From Octopus sinensis (lineage: Eukaryota), in assembly GCF_006345805.1 (NCBI RefSeq), contig NC_042999.1:32426001-32490000 (forward strand): a DNA stretch of 64,000 nt, read 5' to 3'. Below the pieces are notes generated by a model. That model was not told the DNA's origin. It did no database searches and saw only the letters and a program-made list of their open reading frames with translations. This document shows positions 41,841-56,530 of the stretch, piece after piece; positions within the stretch are counted from its first letter, which is position 1, and each line of letters begins with the position of its first letter. The position numbers were made by a program, and so were the translations under genes.

Positions 41841-41845
<5 letters not shown>
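41291..41845. mobile_element. Second Penelope-like 3' end with inverted duplication
   Basis: Minus 41639-41532 reads GTPTQIRLNKETFFIEKYKPKLNHSNILLQRNSLQ* (GIY-YIG C-terminus). 41326-41425 is inverted at 41748-41848; both ends in (TA)n. Confidence 0.88.
41684..41722 (+). ncRNA. Degenerate hammerhead motif
   Basis: AAGAAA-u-UUGAAAA-GC-UGAAC-GC-GAAA-CCGG-UC-UUUCUU; core has 2 substitutions. Confidence 0.5.
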
Positions 41846-41885
<40 letters not shown>

Positions 41886-41904
41886 ATATATATATACGTA
41901 TAGG

Positions 41905-42070
41905 TGGCGATGTATCAGGTAAAGAATGTACAATAAATTGTTTTGTGTAATGTGTTGCCTTATGGTTAGGGTGTTGCATCTCAATAGTTAGGTCCCGAAT
42001 TCAATACCCGGACTAGGGGACTTGTTGTGTTCTTGAACAAAATTATTCTTTCCCGTTGTTCTACTGTTGT
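41905..42070 (+). mobile_element. Old tRNA-derived SINE head
   Basis: TGGTTAGGGTGTTG...GAATTCAATACC...GTTGTGTTCTTGAACAA, similar to families A/B. Confidence 0.6.
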
Positions 42071-42299
42071 GTGAGGACCAGCATTTCAAACAATTGACCC
42101 AAGTTTTCCTGTGCGGGTAGTAAAAGGTAATAGTAGGAGGTCGAGTTAGGAGCTGTGCTCCGACCTTACGAAACGCTCTCCCAGGATTGGATAACTAATC
42201 GCAAAACGGCACAAATTCCCAAAGTGGGGTAGGGGTGGCATCCGCCAGTAGTGAGTAATCAACAGCTATGCATTATTGCAGCGCCTTCGCCAAAGAACC

Positions 42300-42321
42300 A
42301 CTACTACTACTGCTGCTGCTG

Positions 42322-42382
<61 letters not shown>
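42300..42382. repeat. (CTA)n/(CTG)n microsatellite
   Basis: Direct reading. Confidence 0.95.
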
Positions 42383-43150
42383 AGAACTTTATTGACTATT
42401 ACGGATGTTTCGAAGTACTACTTGAAATGTTTCCTCGTTAAGCATTAGCTTGCATGACAAATTAATCAATTGATAATCCATTAATCAGTTAATAATTGAA
42501 ACAGTTAGTCATCAACAATTCTCTTCAGAAATTAATTTTCTTTATTATAAAGTTCATATCATTAATCACAACGCACCGTTGGTTTCTTGTTGAAAGCGCT
42601 ATCTCTCAACAGCTATTCAAAGATGCAACATGTCACGTTGATGCTCATCTTCATCTTGCCTCAATTCACACTATAATCACCTGAGATCACGCGAAGGTTT
42701 AGATTGAACAAATAAATATACATCTGAAGTGGGGAAATCCCGAAATATTACCTGCCTTATATCATGTTTGAATTTTACAAATATTAAGTTTAGACTTTTA
42801 TACTTCATGTGCATACGCAAACATACCTGTAACCAGTGTCGGACTGTGTCTAAAAACATTCGCACGATTTTCACTAAGAAAAAAATCGTTTTTTTGTGTG
42901 GAATCAACTACTCTTGCCTCAAAAACCTTATTGCGGTCCGCGGAACGGAGTGGTGTGTGGTGGAAGCCTCGCAAATTGTACCCATTTATATTGTGTAATC
43001 CACTGACACATTGTTACTACTAAATGATTTAAAATAAATATATTGTAATTGTTGTGTGAGAAACTATATATACTATGATTATGAAATATAGTGTCTTTCA
43101 AAAAGAAAAAACAAAACATTTTACATTTTATTATTTATGAACGTCATAAC

Positions 43151-43520
43151 TTACTCTCTCTCTCTCTCTCTCCCCCTCACACTTTGTCTTTCCCGTGAAA
43201 CTGTCTGCCTCCTTCTTCCACTTTTCTTTATCTTATTTTTTTTTGGTTAAACGCGGGCAAAAAAGCTAAGGCTGTTTATTAACGTTGTCATTTACTCTCT
43301 GTCTTTCCCCCTCTCACTTTGACTTTCCCGTGAAACTCTCTGCCTCCTTCTTCACTTTTCTTTATCTTATTTTTTTTTGGTTAAACGCGGGCAAAAAAGC
43401 TAAGGCTGTTTATTAACGTTGTCATTTACTCTCTGTCTTTCCCCCTCTCACTTTGACTTTCCCGTGAAACTCTCTGCCTCCTTCTTCCACTTTTCTTTAT
43501 CTTATTTTTTTTTGTTAGAC
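43151..43520 (+). repeat. 134 bp tandem repeat, ~2.7 copies
   Basis: Units start at ~43151, 43291 and 43425 (TTTACTCTCTGTCTTTCCCCC...TTAACGTTGTCA). Confidence 0.93.
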
Positions 43521-43866
43521 GCTGACAAAACAGATATGGCTGATATTTTTGTGGCTAACAGCTATGTCTGAAAATAGATATTTACGCTATCCGCGGCTGC
43601 CCCGGGGAAAACTAGGTTGATAAAACCCAGATAGGATATTGACAAATGTCCTCCTAAAATTTGAGCGACATGCGTGCTAATTTGTGGATGTGCATAAATT
43701 ACAATCACGTACGCACACACACACACACGCGCACACACATCCTCCCTTTTATAGATATGATAATTTGGAAGCACACCTGTTTATGCTATTAACGAAGGAA
43801 ATGCATAATCCATATGCAGAAACGTGTGAGCATTTGTAAATTCTTTGTGTGCCTATATACATACAT

Positions 43867-43949
<83 letters not shown>

Positions 43950-44225
43950 AGGTGCATATATATGTGTGCTAGTGCGCTTGTGTGTGATACAAAGTGATTA
44001 ACAGAATAAGGATAAAAATCTTACAAGTATACAAGCCTATGAATTCCCAATATGTAATACACTTGTCAAACCCCGTAAAAAGGAAACATAGCGCAATATG
44101 TTTATGTGTGTGTATGCATATGTGATATATAAAATTGAAAGTTAATATAAGACTGGTTATGACTGGTTAAACGACGAAGACCAACTCGTTTACGCTTATC
44201 CATTATGTATGTGACTTTCATAATG

Positions 44226-44360
<135 letters not shown>

Positions 44361-45189
44361 GCCCTCATTAATGAGCAATTAATAATTAACAAATGATTTA
44401 CATAATAACGAGGAGAGGCAAATAATGCCAGACACTTAAGAACCGATGAAACAAAAAGAGAATCAAATATACACTCTAATCCATATGTCTACGAATAATG
44501 AGGTCTTTAACGTAATCAGTCTAAATTCCCCTTTGCAAAGCCCAAACGTAAAGTGAGGAGAATCTCAGAAAAAAAGCAAAATATAATTAAAATCAAGAAA
44601 TGGTCCCTTTCATTACAGAAGTATTTAAAAGTGTCTTAGTAACAACCAACGTTATGCAAGTCCGGCATTTTAAAAGCTTGGTAGGTCCCATTCTAGAATT
44701 TGTATAAAGTTCCCCCTTCAAACTCAGTAAAACGTAGACAAAGAAAAATTCATATGCCTATCAGGAAACATACTCTGTGTCATGGTATACTGTAGTGGAG
44801 GCGAAAATTATATTGACCAAACTGTCATGTAATATAAAAAACGGATCAAGTCTCACTGACACTAATTTCTTAATCGAAGCACAAGAAAAGTAAAACTCAG
44901 TAAGCGTTTAGAGAGATGTGAAGAAAATCAACTGCCGAATTTTGAAACATTTCCCATGATATCAACATCTAGAATATATGACAGACCCACAAGGAATTAA
45001 CAAAACTTGTTTTATTAAAAATATATCTAAGTGTATATTAGTAATCATTTCCTAACACTTATATTTTAGCACTTATCAATGATTATAAATTATATATTCC
45101 CATTGGTTTTGGATCACCTCATGTACAAAAATGTGCACCCCTATTTAATTTGAGCATTAAATACACTATATTGATTTAGAGTTTTGCAC

Positions 45190-45560
45190 AAGCCTAGAAA
45201 TTTCAAGTGAGGGGGCTTGTCATTTACATCGAGTGTAGTGATTAAGTGGTACTCGTTTTGTCGAACTCGAAATGATGATATGATGATATGCAAAGGTTAC
45301 CTCGAAGGAATTTGAACCGGATGCTGCTAAGCATTTTGTCAGGCGCTCTAATGATTTTGCCTGCTCGCTACCTTACATAATATTGATTTCAAATCCGGCA
45401 CAAGGCCAGCTATTTCGAAGTTGATTACTTCGGCTATAGTATTCAACTGGTACATACTTTATCGACCTCAGCAGATCTCGAACGCGGTGTCTAAGGTCGT
45501 TTGTATCGCTGCTAAGCATTTGGCTCGATGCTGTAATAATTTTGATAGATCACTGACTTT
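45190..45560 (-). mobile_element. Two tandem, highly decayed family C-like SINE copies
   Basis: GCAAAGGTTACCTCGAAGGAATTTGAAC, GCTAAGCATTTTG and CTGGTAC...TTTATCGACC motifs. Confidence 0.65.
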
Positions 45561-48458
45561 GTAATTAACGTACTTAGTATTAACTGCCGTATTACCTAGT
45601 GAGTCTATAAATAATTTACATACCGTAGCAACTAGTTGCTAGCCATCTAAAATGTATATTGGCATAAATCTCCTCTAATGAGTGAAACATGTTTGGATTT
45701 ATATACTGTGGGATATTTATGTATATTTGTAAGTATTGCGTTATAGTATTACATTTGAATTATTTGAATGAAACCATTTACAATGAATGATTTGAACATA
45801 TTCTGGATATTGCATTCTGGAATATTTAATAATATACTTTAAACAAAATTGATTGTGATAATCTGTTTACAAAAACAGATTATCGCAATTATTAGATTGT
45901 GAACCAACGTGACAGTACTAATACAATTCGGAATCTATTAGCTGCTTTATAAATGGAAACGTACGTTTACTTATAATGTGTTTTCCATATCTACTGCCTT
46001 CTGCAAGATATTAATAGTTACACATACACACATACTCACATACACGCACATACACATATGTGAGTGTGTGTTTAACGTGTGCAATGTGTGCATGATATTC
46101 AATGTGTGCAATGGGTTCCATTTGTGAAATGTGTGCAATGACATAGTTAGCCTACATAGTTTTATTGCCGTTTGGAGATTGCACAATATGATTTTATTCT
46201 CATTGGTTTCGTTTTGTTGTTTCATTACCTTGACTTTAGATTCTCTCCAAAAATATGCATCTAAGTTTCATTTAGGGGCAATAAGTATATAATGTGATAT
46301 ATTATGTGTCCACTTTAAAAGACGTAAGTTTATGATAAATATGCCGTTACAGGTAAGCGTTAAACCACTAAACAAACAATTATCTTTAAAAAATATCATG
46401 AGAGATTATCAAGTGTATTAAATCGACACACTTATTCTTTCAGGCATGTTGATTTACTATTTGTTAGACGCGGAGATTTGCAATTACGATAGTTGAGCAG
46501 AAATTTAACTGTAGATTTTAGCACTGGAATGCGACTTCAAACCATATATCACTCATAGTGTTTATTCTCACATATCTCAAATGTGAATACGTGTGTAGAT
46601 TCATGACCATTATACATCTCCGTGTACAATGATATCTTATATGATAATTTAATAAGTTTTTGATGTAACATTAACCAGTGTTATACTGGTTCATAGAGGA
46701 TTATAAAAATATATATCAAAACTAAGAATGTTGTGCGTGACTAGCTCAGAACCTCCTAACCAACTATTTCAGGACATTTCATTAACATACACCATCTGCT
46801 TACTTTACTATATTTGGTAAAAAAGCAAATATTACCTGCGTGTCTACAACTTTGGATATAACAGAGCTAGACTTTAAATGTAACCATTTATGCATTTGGC
46901 TAGAAAGTACCTGATATATGTTAGTATATAATTTAACTATATTCAAGTTCTTGTAAGTTTTCGACTCATAAAATAGCAGTTTTACTTCATAGTATTGAAA
47001 ATAAGTATGTCTTAGTAAATTTTCTTTTTCACATTATTATTGAATTTCGTACACGAATTATATAGACAGGTATGTAGTAATTCTTTCCCAGAAGTTAATT
47101 TAATTTTTCTAAAACTAAATAGATTTCTGAAAACAATATTTTATAATTTGTTTGAAAACTTTGAAATCAAATAAACTATGCAGGTTTATGGAAACCATTT
47201 CTGTATCCACATTTATTTTTATGACAAAAGTTTCAATTCAGATGTTAAGAATTTCCTTGAAGAAAGCACAGATGAATCCAGTAATTTTTGCTATCATGCT
47301 AAATATAGATCGTTTGGTGCAGACTTATTACAATGGAACTTCAACAATATATTTGCATTTTTGCGTACGTCTGTCCAAAGTAAATGCTATAAGTATCACG
47401 CTGCGTGCTATACACTAAACTTGTCTGTTTCTAACAAATTATTACTGCCTGCATTGTAATGTTTTGATGCATCAAAAAGTTATGGAAATGTTCTAACCAT
47501 ATAATCTCATTGGATTATATTGGCTTACGTCAATCCCCAAAAGTTTTCTTTCTGAGGTTTAATGAATCCTAACCACATACTTGATCGAAGACACATGCAA
47601 TCTACGCAAAATGAAATCCAAACAAAATACAACTTTATTATGCTGTTCCCTGTTGATAAAACTCCTGAATGTTATAAAAGCGGAACTTTCTGGTGCCAGT
47701 TTGAACACCGCCAATATATTATATTTAATATGAACAGGGAATATATATATAGAGAGAGAGTGTGAAATCGTGCATTGAAACCGATATTGTATTTCTGGAT
47801 GGGTATTTATTTTTTTGCCAAATACACAGGCACACTCTCACACACACGCACACGCATACACACACGCACACACACATACACAGACACACATACACACACA
47901 TACATCTATATATGTACGCACCGTATTTTGTACATAAAATATCATTACTTTTATTACTTATTTCCATTTTTGCATTTCAAGAATATTCGAATTTATTTAA
48001 GCAAAGGCATTTCACTGTAGTATAGTGAGGTGATAAAAGATATCCTACTCTACGGAAAAAGGTGCTAAAGAGCCATATTCACCACAGAAGGCCCTCGGTT
48101 GAATAGCAACATTTCAAAGTCTTCAATTCTCTACAGCACAGTTACCAAACGTAGGCAAATAAACTCGAAGACTTTTTCCCTTTTATGCAAATTCGGTAAC
48201 AGTGTGGTCTAGCGAAGTATGTATGGCTCTAAACTGGAATACATTTTTGAGTAAGTATGGGTAGGACCAACGTGTAAATTACAAATATGAGGTTAGTTCA
48301 AATACCACTGAGCTCTATTTGAATTGGACTTAAGTGTGTACAAGCACACACGCCCTCTCAAACACACATATACACACACTAAACACATATATGCATGTAT
48401 ATATATATATATATAAATATGAATTTTTTGCGTAATGAGATATCCTTATAGATAGAAG

Positions 48459-48513
48459 GTCTTACACCTGTTTCTAGAATATTAATTAATAATAATATCC
48501 CTTCATCGGAGAC
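48459..48513 (-). ncRNA. Hammerhead motif (CCGAUGA core variant), same family as 25693
   Basis: GUCU-CCGAUGA-AGGGAUAUUA...UAAUAUUCUA-GAAA-CAGGUG-UA-AGAC. Confidence 0.8.
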
Positions 48514-49017
48514 GGTGTGAGAGGAAAAATTAAGTCATAGTTAGTTTTGATGTGATACAAATAGAGAGTGAGGTGGAGGAAAGAAAATAGATGTAAGATA
48601 TATATGGTTATTGAGTTCATAAATCCGTTTTATAGGCATAATGGTATATATGTATAATATTCCAATATCCTTTGAGGAAAATATAAAAGTCCAACAGAGT
48701 TTAATATGAGCCCATCCAGATGTAAAGTTTATAATCAATGTAAGATTCTCTTAAAGTTGGTAATTCCCAATAGGGAATTTATGTTGAGTGTAGCAGATTC
48801 GAGGTTTGTATTTAAATAGGGAGTGTATTAGTTTGGTCAAATCGAAAACAGGAAGAGAGGAATGACAAAGGAAAAAAAGAGAGAGAGAGATAAAAGGAGG
48901 AGACAAAGAAAGAATTAAAGAGAAAGAAGAAAGAAGATTAGTAAGAACAAAAATAAAGACTAAAACTCCTGAACGTATGAATAAAGAGAATAAGGAAAAG
49001 AAAAAAGAAAAATTAAG

Positions 49018-49083
<66 letters not shown>

Positions 49084-49363
49084 TTGTGCACCTGCTTCAG
49101 CATATGTACCTCTGTATGTGAATATCAACTGGAGTAACACTTTAAATTCTCTCGGTTATACTTTAAGCTCTCGATAACACATTGATCGATAAAATAATGT
49201 CCCAAACAAAAATAACTATATTAGTCGATATGGTTAACATATAATTTACAAATGATTCCATGCATCACCAAAATACAATTACTAATATTAGTAAAATATT
49301 GCAAGTAGCCTTAGGCCAATACGTACTTTCTTCATATGCGTAGCAGAGAGCGTTCAGTATATA

Positions 49364-49556
49364 CACTGGGTTGTCCGGAAGGTGTCAAGAAACCACCTGA
49401 ATTCTGGGAAGAGGGTATTTTCAAGTTAAAGAAAATATGGAGACGCATTGTGCAAAAAATGCTTCATATTCGGTTGATTAAAAATGTAATGGCAAGTATT
49501 TATTGACCTTTTTCTTTCCTTTAAAAATCGGCGCGAACTTTCCGGACAACCCAATA
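49364..49556. mobile_element. Tc1/mariner-type MITE
   Basis: TIRs TGGGTTGTCCGGAAGGT / ACTTTCCGGACAACCCA; ~190 bp; TA context. Confidence 0.8.
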
Positions 49557-50363
49557 CATTTGTGTGTATGTGTGTGTGTGTGTATGAGTGTGTGTGTCCA
49601 TTCTCTGTAAATCTATGTGTGCGTGTGTGTACCATAGTTTATTGTTTAAGTACTTTGTTCTGCTACCACGAGGCGCCAATTTCGATTTAAGTATTGTGTA
49701 TCATAATGACGAGATGTTTAAAATCCTTTCTTGTCAAATCATCCATAGCGAGGGAAATTGCATGATCTTAAACACCGTGAAATTTCACCCAATGCATTGC
49801 ATCTGTAAATCAATAAATGAATCATTTTCAACCTGATGATAAACATATGTGCCTGTGAAAAATTCTGATCGTTATATGTTTTCGATAGGATTATTTGAAT
49901 ATTAATAGAGGGGGACAAGGGAAATGCAGCCTTCTCACCTTCTGACAGGTATTCATATTTATACGTATATAACACTACTGAAGGAGACACTTTGTTTAAC
50001 AATTTATGACATTTTATACTGCTGTGCATGATATGATTTTCCCACCATTTTCACCACACAAGTTTTACTTAGTTGCCAATGTAATATCTAGTAATCGAAT
50101 CAAACAAATATAGTTTTATTTCTGCATAATTACAATAAGGTAAACCAGCAGAATAGTTAGCATGCCCGTCAAACTGCTTAGTCAACATTTTGTGTCTCTT
50201 CATATTATGATTTGAAACTCCACCTTCTGAGTCGATAAAGTAAATACCAGGTGAACACCCACTGAAATTACTGGCCTTGAGCTAATATTTTAAAATCCTT
50301 TTTGTATCATAACAAGATATTTCTGCTAAATATATATGTATATGTATGTATACACACACACAC

Positions 50364-50398
<35 letters not shown>

Positions 50399-50399
50399 G

Positions 50400-50430
<31 letters not shown>

Positions 50431-50625
50431 GCATGTCTCTTGATGCAGGCCTAGCTGTTGGGGGTGTTTGTCTCACCTTCATAAATATATAAGGACACAG
50501 GAAATGTGTCAAGGCCGACAGGAAGCGTTGATGCTTCCTAGGGCTAAACAGCGGTGGTGTAATTCCCTTACAGGTTTGTCACGTTAAGTTGACAGTATAC
50601 AACCACTCTATGTATATATATATAT

Positions 50626-50659
<34 letters not shown>

Positions 50660-51149
50660 ATACTGAACTACGAAAGAAACATCAGACTGTAAGAGATTAT
50701 TGTTTTACACACGATATTGAGATTATACGAATTGTATTACATTTCAAGTTAATTTACACCACGGAGATTTTCCTGACCCACAACACCACTCTCTTTTGAA
50801 AACACAACGATTAGGTTCGAACTCACTCATTTTTCGTAAACATTGTAATACTCGCAAACGCATCTTTATGAAAAGCATGATGCACGTGCATAACGTGGAA
50901 TCATTGGCTATCAAATGCATCCAAATTTACCAGCCTGTAATTCCCTGATTATTTTGTGTTGGTTGTGTTTACCGTAAGTTGCGGTTACAAGTTTATTTAA
51001 TTGTTGAATTTGGCGTTGTTTATTTGTTGTGTTTTTTTAAACACCTTGTTATCTGCGTTTGGCAGTTTGCTGAACTTTTTTTCCCTCCTGTGTGAAGGGG
51101 GAAATTCTCATTGTTTTCGTTGGATGTTTTCACCCAAGCATTTTTCTGA

Positions 51150-53760
51150 ATGACGAGTAGTTCCTCTGGCGAGGCGACCACCGTACAGGATATGTCTTCG
51201 GAGGCGGAGATGTTAAAGGAAATTGAATCTAAATGTGACAAAGCAGTAAATTTTGCAGCAGCAGCTGGTTTAAGCAGAAGAGAACTAAATATTAACGAAA
51301 ACGAGCTAAGCAAATTTAAAGAACTAATGCAAAGTAACCCCTCTCAATGAAGTAACGCACAATGTGTCCATATGTACTATCATATATAAAACTCTTATCA
51401 TCAAAAAACAAATTCGATATAGCTTCAAAAGAAACAGTGGAGATTTCCCTCAGGCCAGTTTGGCAAGAAATCATTTATCTGGCCAGAAATCAAGTAATAT
51501 GCAACGATAGAAGTAAAGTCTAAAACGGAGGAAAAGTCCAAGCAACATTCTACGGGCCCGCTGAAATCGACAGAGGTGGTCCTCCTACCCATATACCCCG
51601 GAAGACGCACTAATATGTTAAGGGGTAGGAGAAATCCCCCTTCAGATGGACGTTGCCTGGTTGGTGGCGGCAATTGTGATGGGATTGGAGGATAAAAGTT
51701 CCATCCTCCAAGACACCCAAATAGAACAACGTAACCGGTACAGCAAAGAACTCGGGATGGTAATTCAAGCGCCCCCTCAAGACCTTGAACTGATTGCAGA
51801 CTATATACAGGTGGGTAAGTAGATTAGGCTTCGGGTAATGGTCAAGGGGAGGAAGTTCAAATGCTTCAAATGTGGTCAGAAGGGCCACATAAGAGCAGAC
51901 TGCAAGCCTCTCCACGAGAAACAGTCGACTCCCGCACCTGGAAATGAAACGGAAACCCCTTCGACAACCGCGACAGATCCTACCTCAGAAGCGGAATTAG
52001 TAGCACCAGAGGTGGGATTGAGGAAGTAAGAACATCCAATGGACAACGAATGAACTACACCCCCACCAAAAAAGAAAAATCCCCAGTCCACCCCCACTAA
52101 CCAAGTACAAGTTTAAAAAACCCTTGACATGCACACAAGACACACGGATCTCCCTCCTTCCCCACCATTCCAGATATCAATATTATGGCGGTGAGGGCCA
52201 GCAATAAAAACCTCACATACAAATTGCAAAGGATTCCCACAGTGCAGAACCCGCATAATATTAATTTTTTTTTAATTGATACCATAAACTATAGCATTTT
52301 AAAAAATGAATTCCCTAAAGATATAGGCCTTCTCAGGAAAGATGTTTCCCCATTAATTTTTGAGGGCCTTAACAAGGAGAACCCACAATCCAGGATTGAA
52401 GACGAAGATGGGACTACTGTTCCATCGACTTAAAAGCTAAGTTTTGTTTACGTCTATACTACACGTAGATTGTATAAATGTAATTGCCTGGGGGGCAGCT
52501 TCGAAGCAATGACGCCTCCATAATGACTTCAGGTCACTTAGACTAGACGTAATAGGTACCACAGAAACCAAATTGAGTGGGCTGCGAGGCTTTTCCCCAC
52601 TCCTAAATGGCTACGAGAAAATTATTTCCCCATGCCAGCCTGGAGGTTAGGAGGGGTCACTGTTCTGCTCAGGAAGGATTTGAAACTTCAGTTAAGAACA
52701 ATCTTTCTCGAACCAGAGGGCAGTCTAGTCGTCATCAATGTGACGCACAGCAGTGGTAAAACCTTCAGGTGGTGGCTGTCCATGTTGCTTGTAGAACTGG
52801 ACAGTCGGACTGTTTTCTAAGGCCTAGAGAATTTTCTAGGAACGTCGCACATTTTAGTGTAGGAATTCTAGCAAATTTCTAGGGACGTCAGACATTTTAG
52901 TATTGTTAAGAGATTTTAACACAATTAGTGGTGCACGCGTAGATTGTGTTGGCTTGAATCCTGAAAGGAGGAGTAACACATGCCTCAACTAATAGCTCAG
53001 TCATTTTCAGCTGGCAGACCGGTATAGACTAGAATTCCCAGACGCTCCATTGTGGTAAACGAACCCGAGGAGATGTGCAAGGTTTTCCACGAGCATTTCG
53101 CCATGTTTTCCAGAGGGGCGATGGACCGGATCGTAGGAAGAACTTCACGGACTTCCTCACCAGGTTGCTGTATTTCTAAGGGCGCGAGCCGGAGTGCTGT
53201 GAGGGACCGATCACAGCTGCGGAAGTGGAGGAGGCGTTATCGGACTGCGGTAATGACAAGTCGACGGGATTGGATGGTCTTCCCTACGAGCTTTCTTTGG
53301 GCACCTACTAGCATGCTTCTACACCAACCGGCAACAGAATGTGAGCAAGAGGTCTGCTGATTAGAAAGGACACAGACAATGGGGATATAATAGATACATT
53401 TCGGCCAATCATTCTGCTTAACACAGAGCTGAAGATTTTTGCCAAGATATTAGCAAACATTTTGGAGCTGTCGTGGTCGGAATTGTCGGGGAGGCACAAA
53501 CGTGTGTCATTCGGGAAGATCCTTACACGAGAATCTCGACCTTATACGCTATATCTTATGGACTTGCTTAGTCAGTCAGAATGCTTATGTCCAATGCGAC
53601 GATACAATGCCAAAAACAGCGTGGATATCGTCCGTATAATGGACGACCAAGGGTTACAAAGCACGTCAAGATCGCCACTTGCACCGACAGCACTTGCAGA
53701 ACCGTTTCCAGAGAGCAACGAAATCAGCTAGGCAGACAATAGAGAATTACTACAGATTAT
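51150..53760 (+). mobile_element. Decayed L1/Tx1-type LINE: ORF1 with CCHC knuckle, APE endonuclease and RT remnants
   Basis: CFKCGQKGHIRADC (51862-51903). APE motifs CINV, ETKL, GGVTVLLRK, EGSLV, RDFN. RT motifs KSTGLDGLPYE, RPIILLNTELKIFAKILA. Many stops and large deletions. Confidence 0.9.
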
Positions 53761-55682
53761 TATGATTGATGCACCGAATACAATTGGTATTAGTATGAAT
53801 AAGATTTAACACATTCTACGCGATTCGCTAGCAAATAACAATTACAGATCATGTACATTATAAAATATTACTAAGCTTTGAACTCATTCATGAAATATTT
53901 ATACACACCACGTTTTTACTGTTCAAAAATTTTTCGTTGCGTTCTCACGAAGATGATTTTTTTCTGAATATGTTGCAGTGTTGCTCGTATAATTGATTAT
54001 ATTAAGATTATATGCATGTGTATCTCATTGCTGTCTTGGAATAATATGAGTATTGTGTGTACTGGATGAGAAAGTGAAATGTGAATCGATAGAATTTATA
54101 CTGAATATAGAGGTTTCATTGTGGCGCTTCACCGAGAGAGCTACCTATATCAGCCTCTTTTATCTTTATACATTTATCAATATTCATGGAACTAATGCCT
54201 GATAGCAGAAATATCCGATTCCTGTTTTGATTAGGATCGAAATAAAAGCGGGCATTTTTTTCAGACAATATTTGATTGTTTTCTTAGCACTTGATATCTT
54301 CGTGTTTTAGGTTATTGATCTCCCAGTCGCTTATAATGCGATGTCTGAGAAATTACTATTTCGTTTTATTATCCTTATTATTATTGCTGTTTGTGTTGAT
54401 TTCGTTGTTGATATATGTTTTGTTTTAACCAAGAACATTCAATCGATTTTTTTACACCATAACTATGTTGTGCCGTACTATATATACATGACATATCCGA
54501 TATATCCTTATTTCCGATACTGATTACTCCCCTCAGCGTAAACATTAGGTTTATATTTCATTTCATCATCCAAAGTTATACAGAAATGCTCCAGGGAATT
54601 TTCACTTCATCAGGAAAATTTAGTTTGAAAACAACTCTTTTCTTCATAAAAAAAAATACTAAAAGAAAATATAAAATTAAATGATAAACAGATTTCATGG
54701 TGAAGGACTGAAATAGCTTCTAAAAGTTTGTATGAGATACACCAGCGTATACTTTAATGACCCACACGACATAAGTTAGACACGAAGCACTCGATGTTGA
54801 TGGAAACATACTAAGAATATATTGTATCTATCTACCTATTTATCTATTAATCTGTCTATCTATCTATCGACTGCCTACCAGACTCTCAATCTGTCTGTCT
54901 ATCTATATGCATATATATATATATTATATATATATATATTATATATATATAATATATATATATATACAAACACACAAACGTACACAAATACACATGCACA
55001 TAAATATATACTCTCTAAATCCGCAGAGAGTGTATTTTCTTCGAACTATAAATATATGAATAAATGCTTTTGTACCTATTTCGAACGAGGATATTCCAAT
55101 TTAGTGAAAGAAAGAATGTAGTTTGATATCGAAGATTCTATTAAGATATAGTTCGTACCAAAAGAAATTGCTGAAGAGGGGAAAAAATACATATTTAATT
55201 ATAGTTTCTTCTTTTTTTCAATCTAATTGGCTTTTCAGATGTACTTCAGAGTTATTTTCAAAATGTGAACATACAAAATAATTATAGGAATTATGTAGTA
55301 TATTCGGAATCAATACCCACATTAAATCATGAACCAAGCACACAAACGTACGTGTATTTTCATGCACATATACGCATTTATTATAGTAATGGATATCATG
55401 ACTGTTTCAACGAAGAGCATTTCAACTGATCTCTCAGACGAACTAGCAACTCATTGAAATATAAGTGGTTGAATAGTTTACGAAGCTATTTCTATACGCT
55501 TAATGTAGCACCCGGGAACCAACATTTCTTAACAGTGCGGAAAAGAGATGTTTGAATTACACAAGCTGACACTTCCATATACGCTCCGCATTTGTGCATA
55601 TATACTTCCAAACGTACATACGAAACTATATCATTATATACATATATACATATGCATACAACATACACCCCCACCCCCCACA

Positions 55683-55722
<40 letters not shown>

Positions 55723-55787
55723 TATATTTATATATGTATATATATATATATATGTATATGAATATATATATATAAGTATATATATAT

Positions 55788-55840
<53 letters not shown>

Positions 55841-55845
<5 letters not shown>

Positions 55846-56007
55846 CATTACGTTGTATAATTAGGGTTCAGCAAAAAGATTTACTTTACCACGCACCAAA
55901 ATTTTAGAAATAGTAGAGAAATAGCTAAATTCTTGGCTGCTATTTCTAAAAGTTTGGTGTGTGGTAAAGTAAATCTTTTTGCTGAACCCTAAATATACAA
56001 CGTAACG

Positions 56008-56012
<5 letters not shown>
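55841..56012. repeat. Near-perfect inverted repeat, ~75 bp arms, within (TA)n
   Basis: TTAGGGTTCAGCAAAAAGATTTACTTTACCAC vs GTGGTAAAGTAAATCTTTTTGCTGAACCCTAA. Confidence 0.95.

Positions 56013-56530
<518 letters not shown>

Noticed and set aside
42135-42185. GAAACGCTCTCC with upstream GGAG
   Set aside because: No CUGANGA core in the correct position.
43151-43520. CRISPR-like array
   Set aside because: Plain tandem repeat without unique spacers, in eukaryotic DNA.
51838-52029. Retroviral/LTR gag gene (CCHC knuckle)
   Set aside because: Followed by APE endonuclease and L1/Tx1-type RT motifs, with no LTRs, protease or integrase.
55860-55868. TTAGGG telomeric motif
   Set aside because: Single unit within a palindrome arm; no array.
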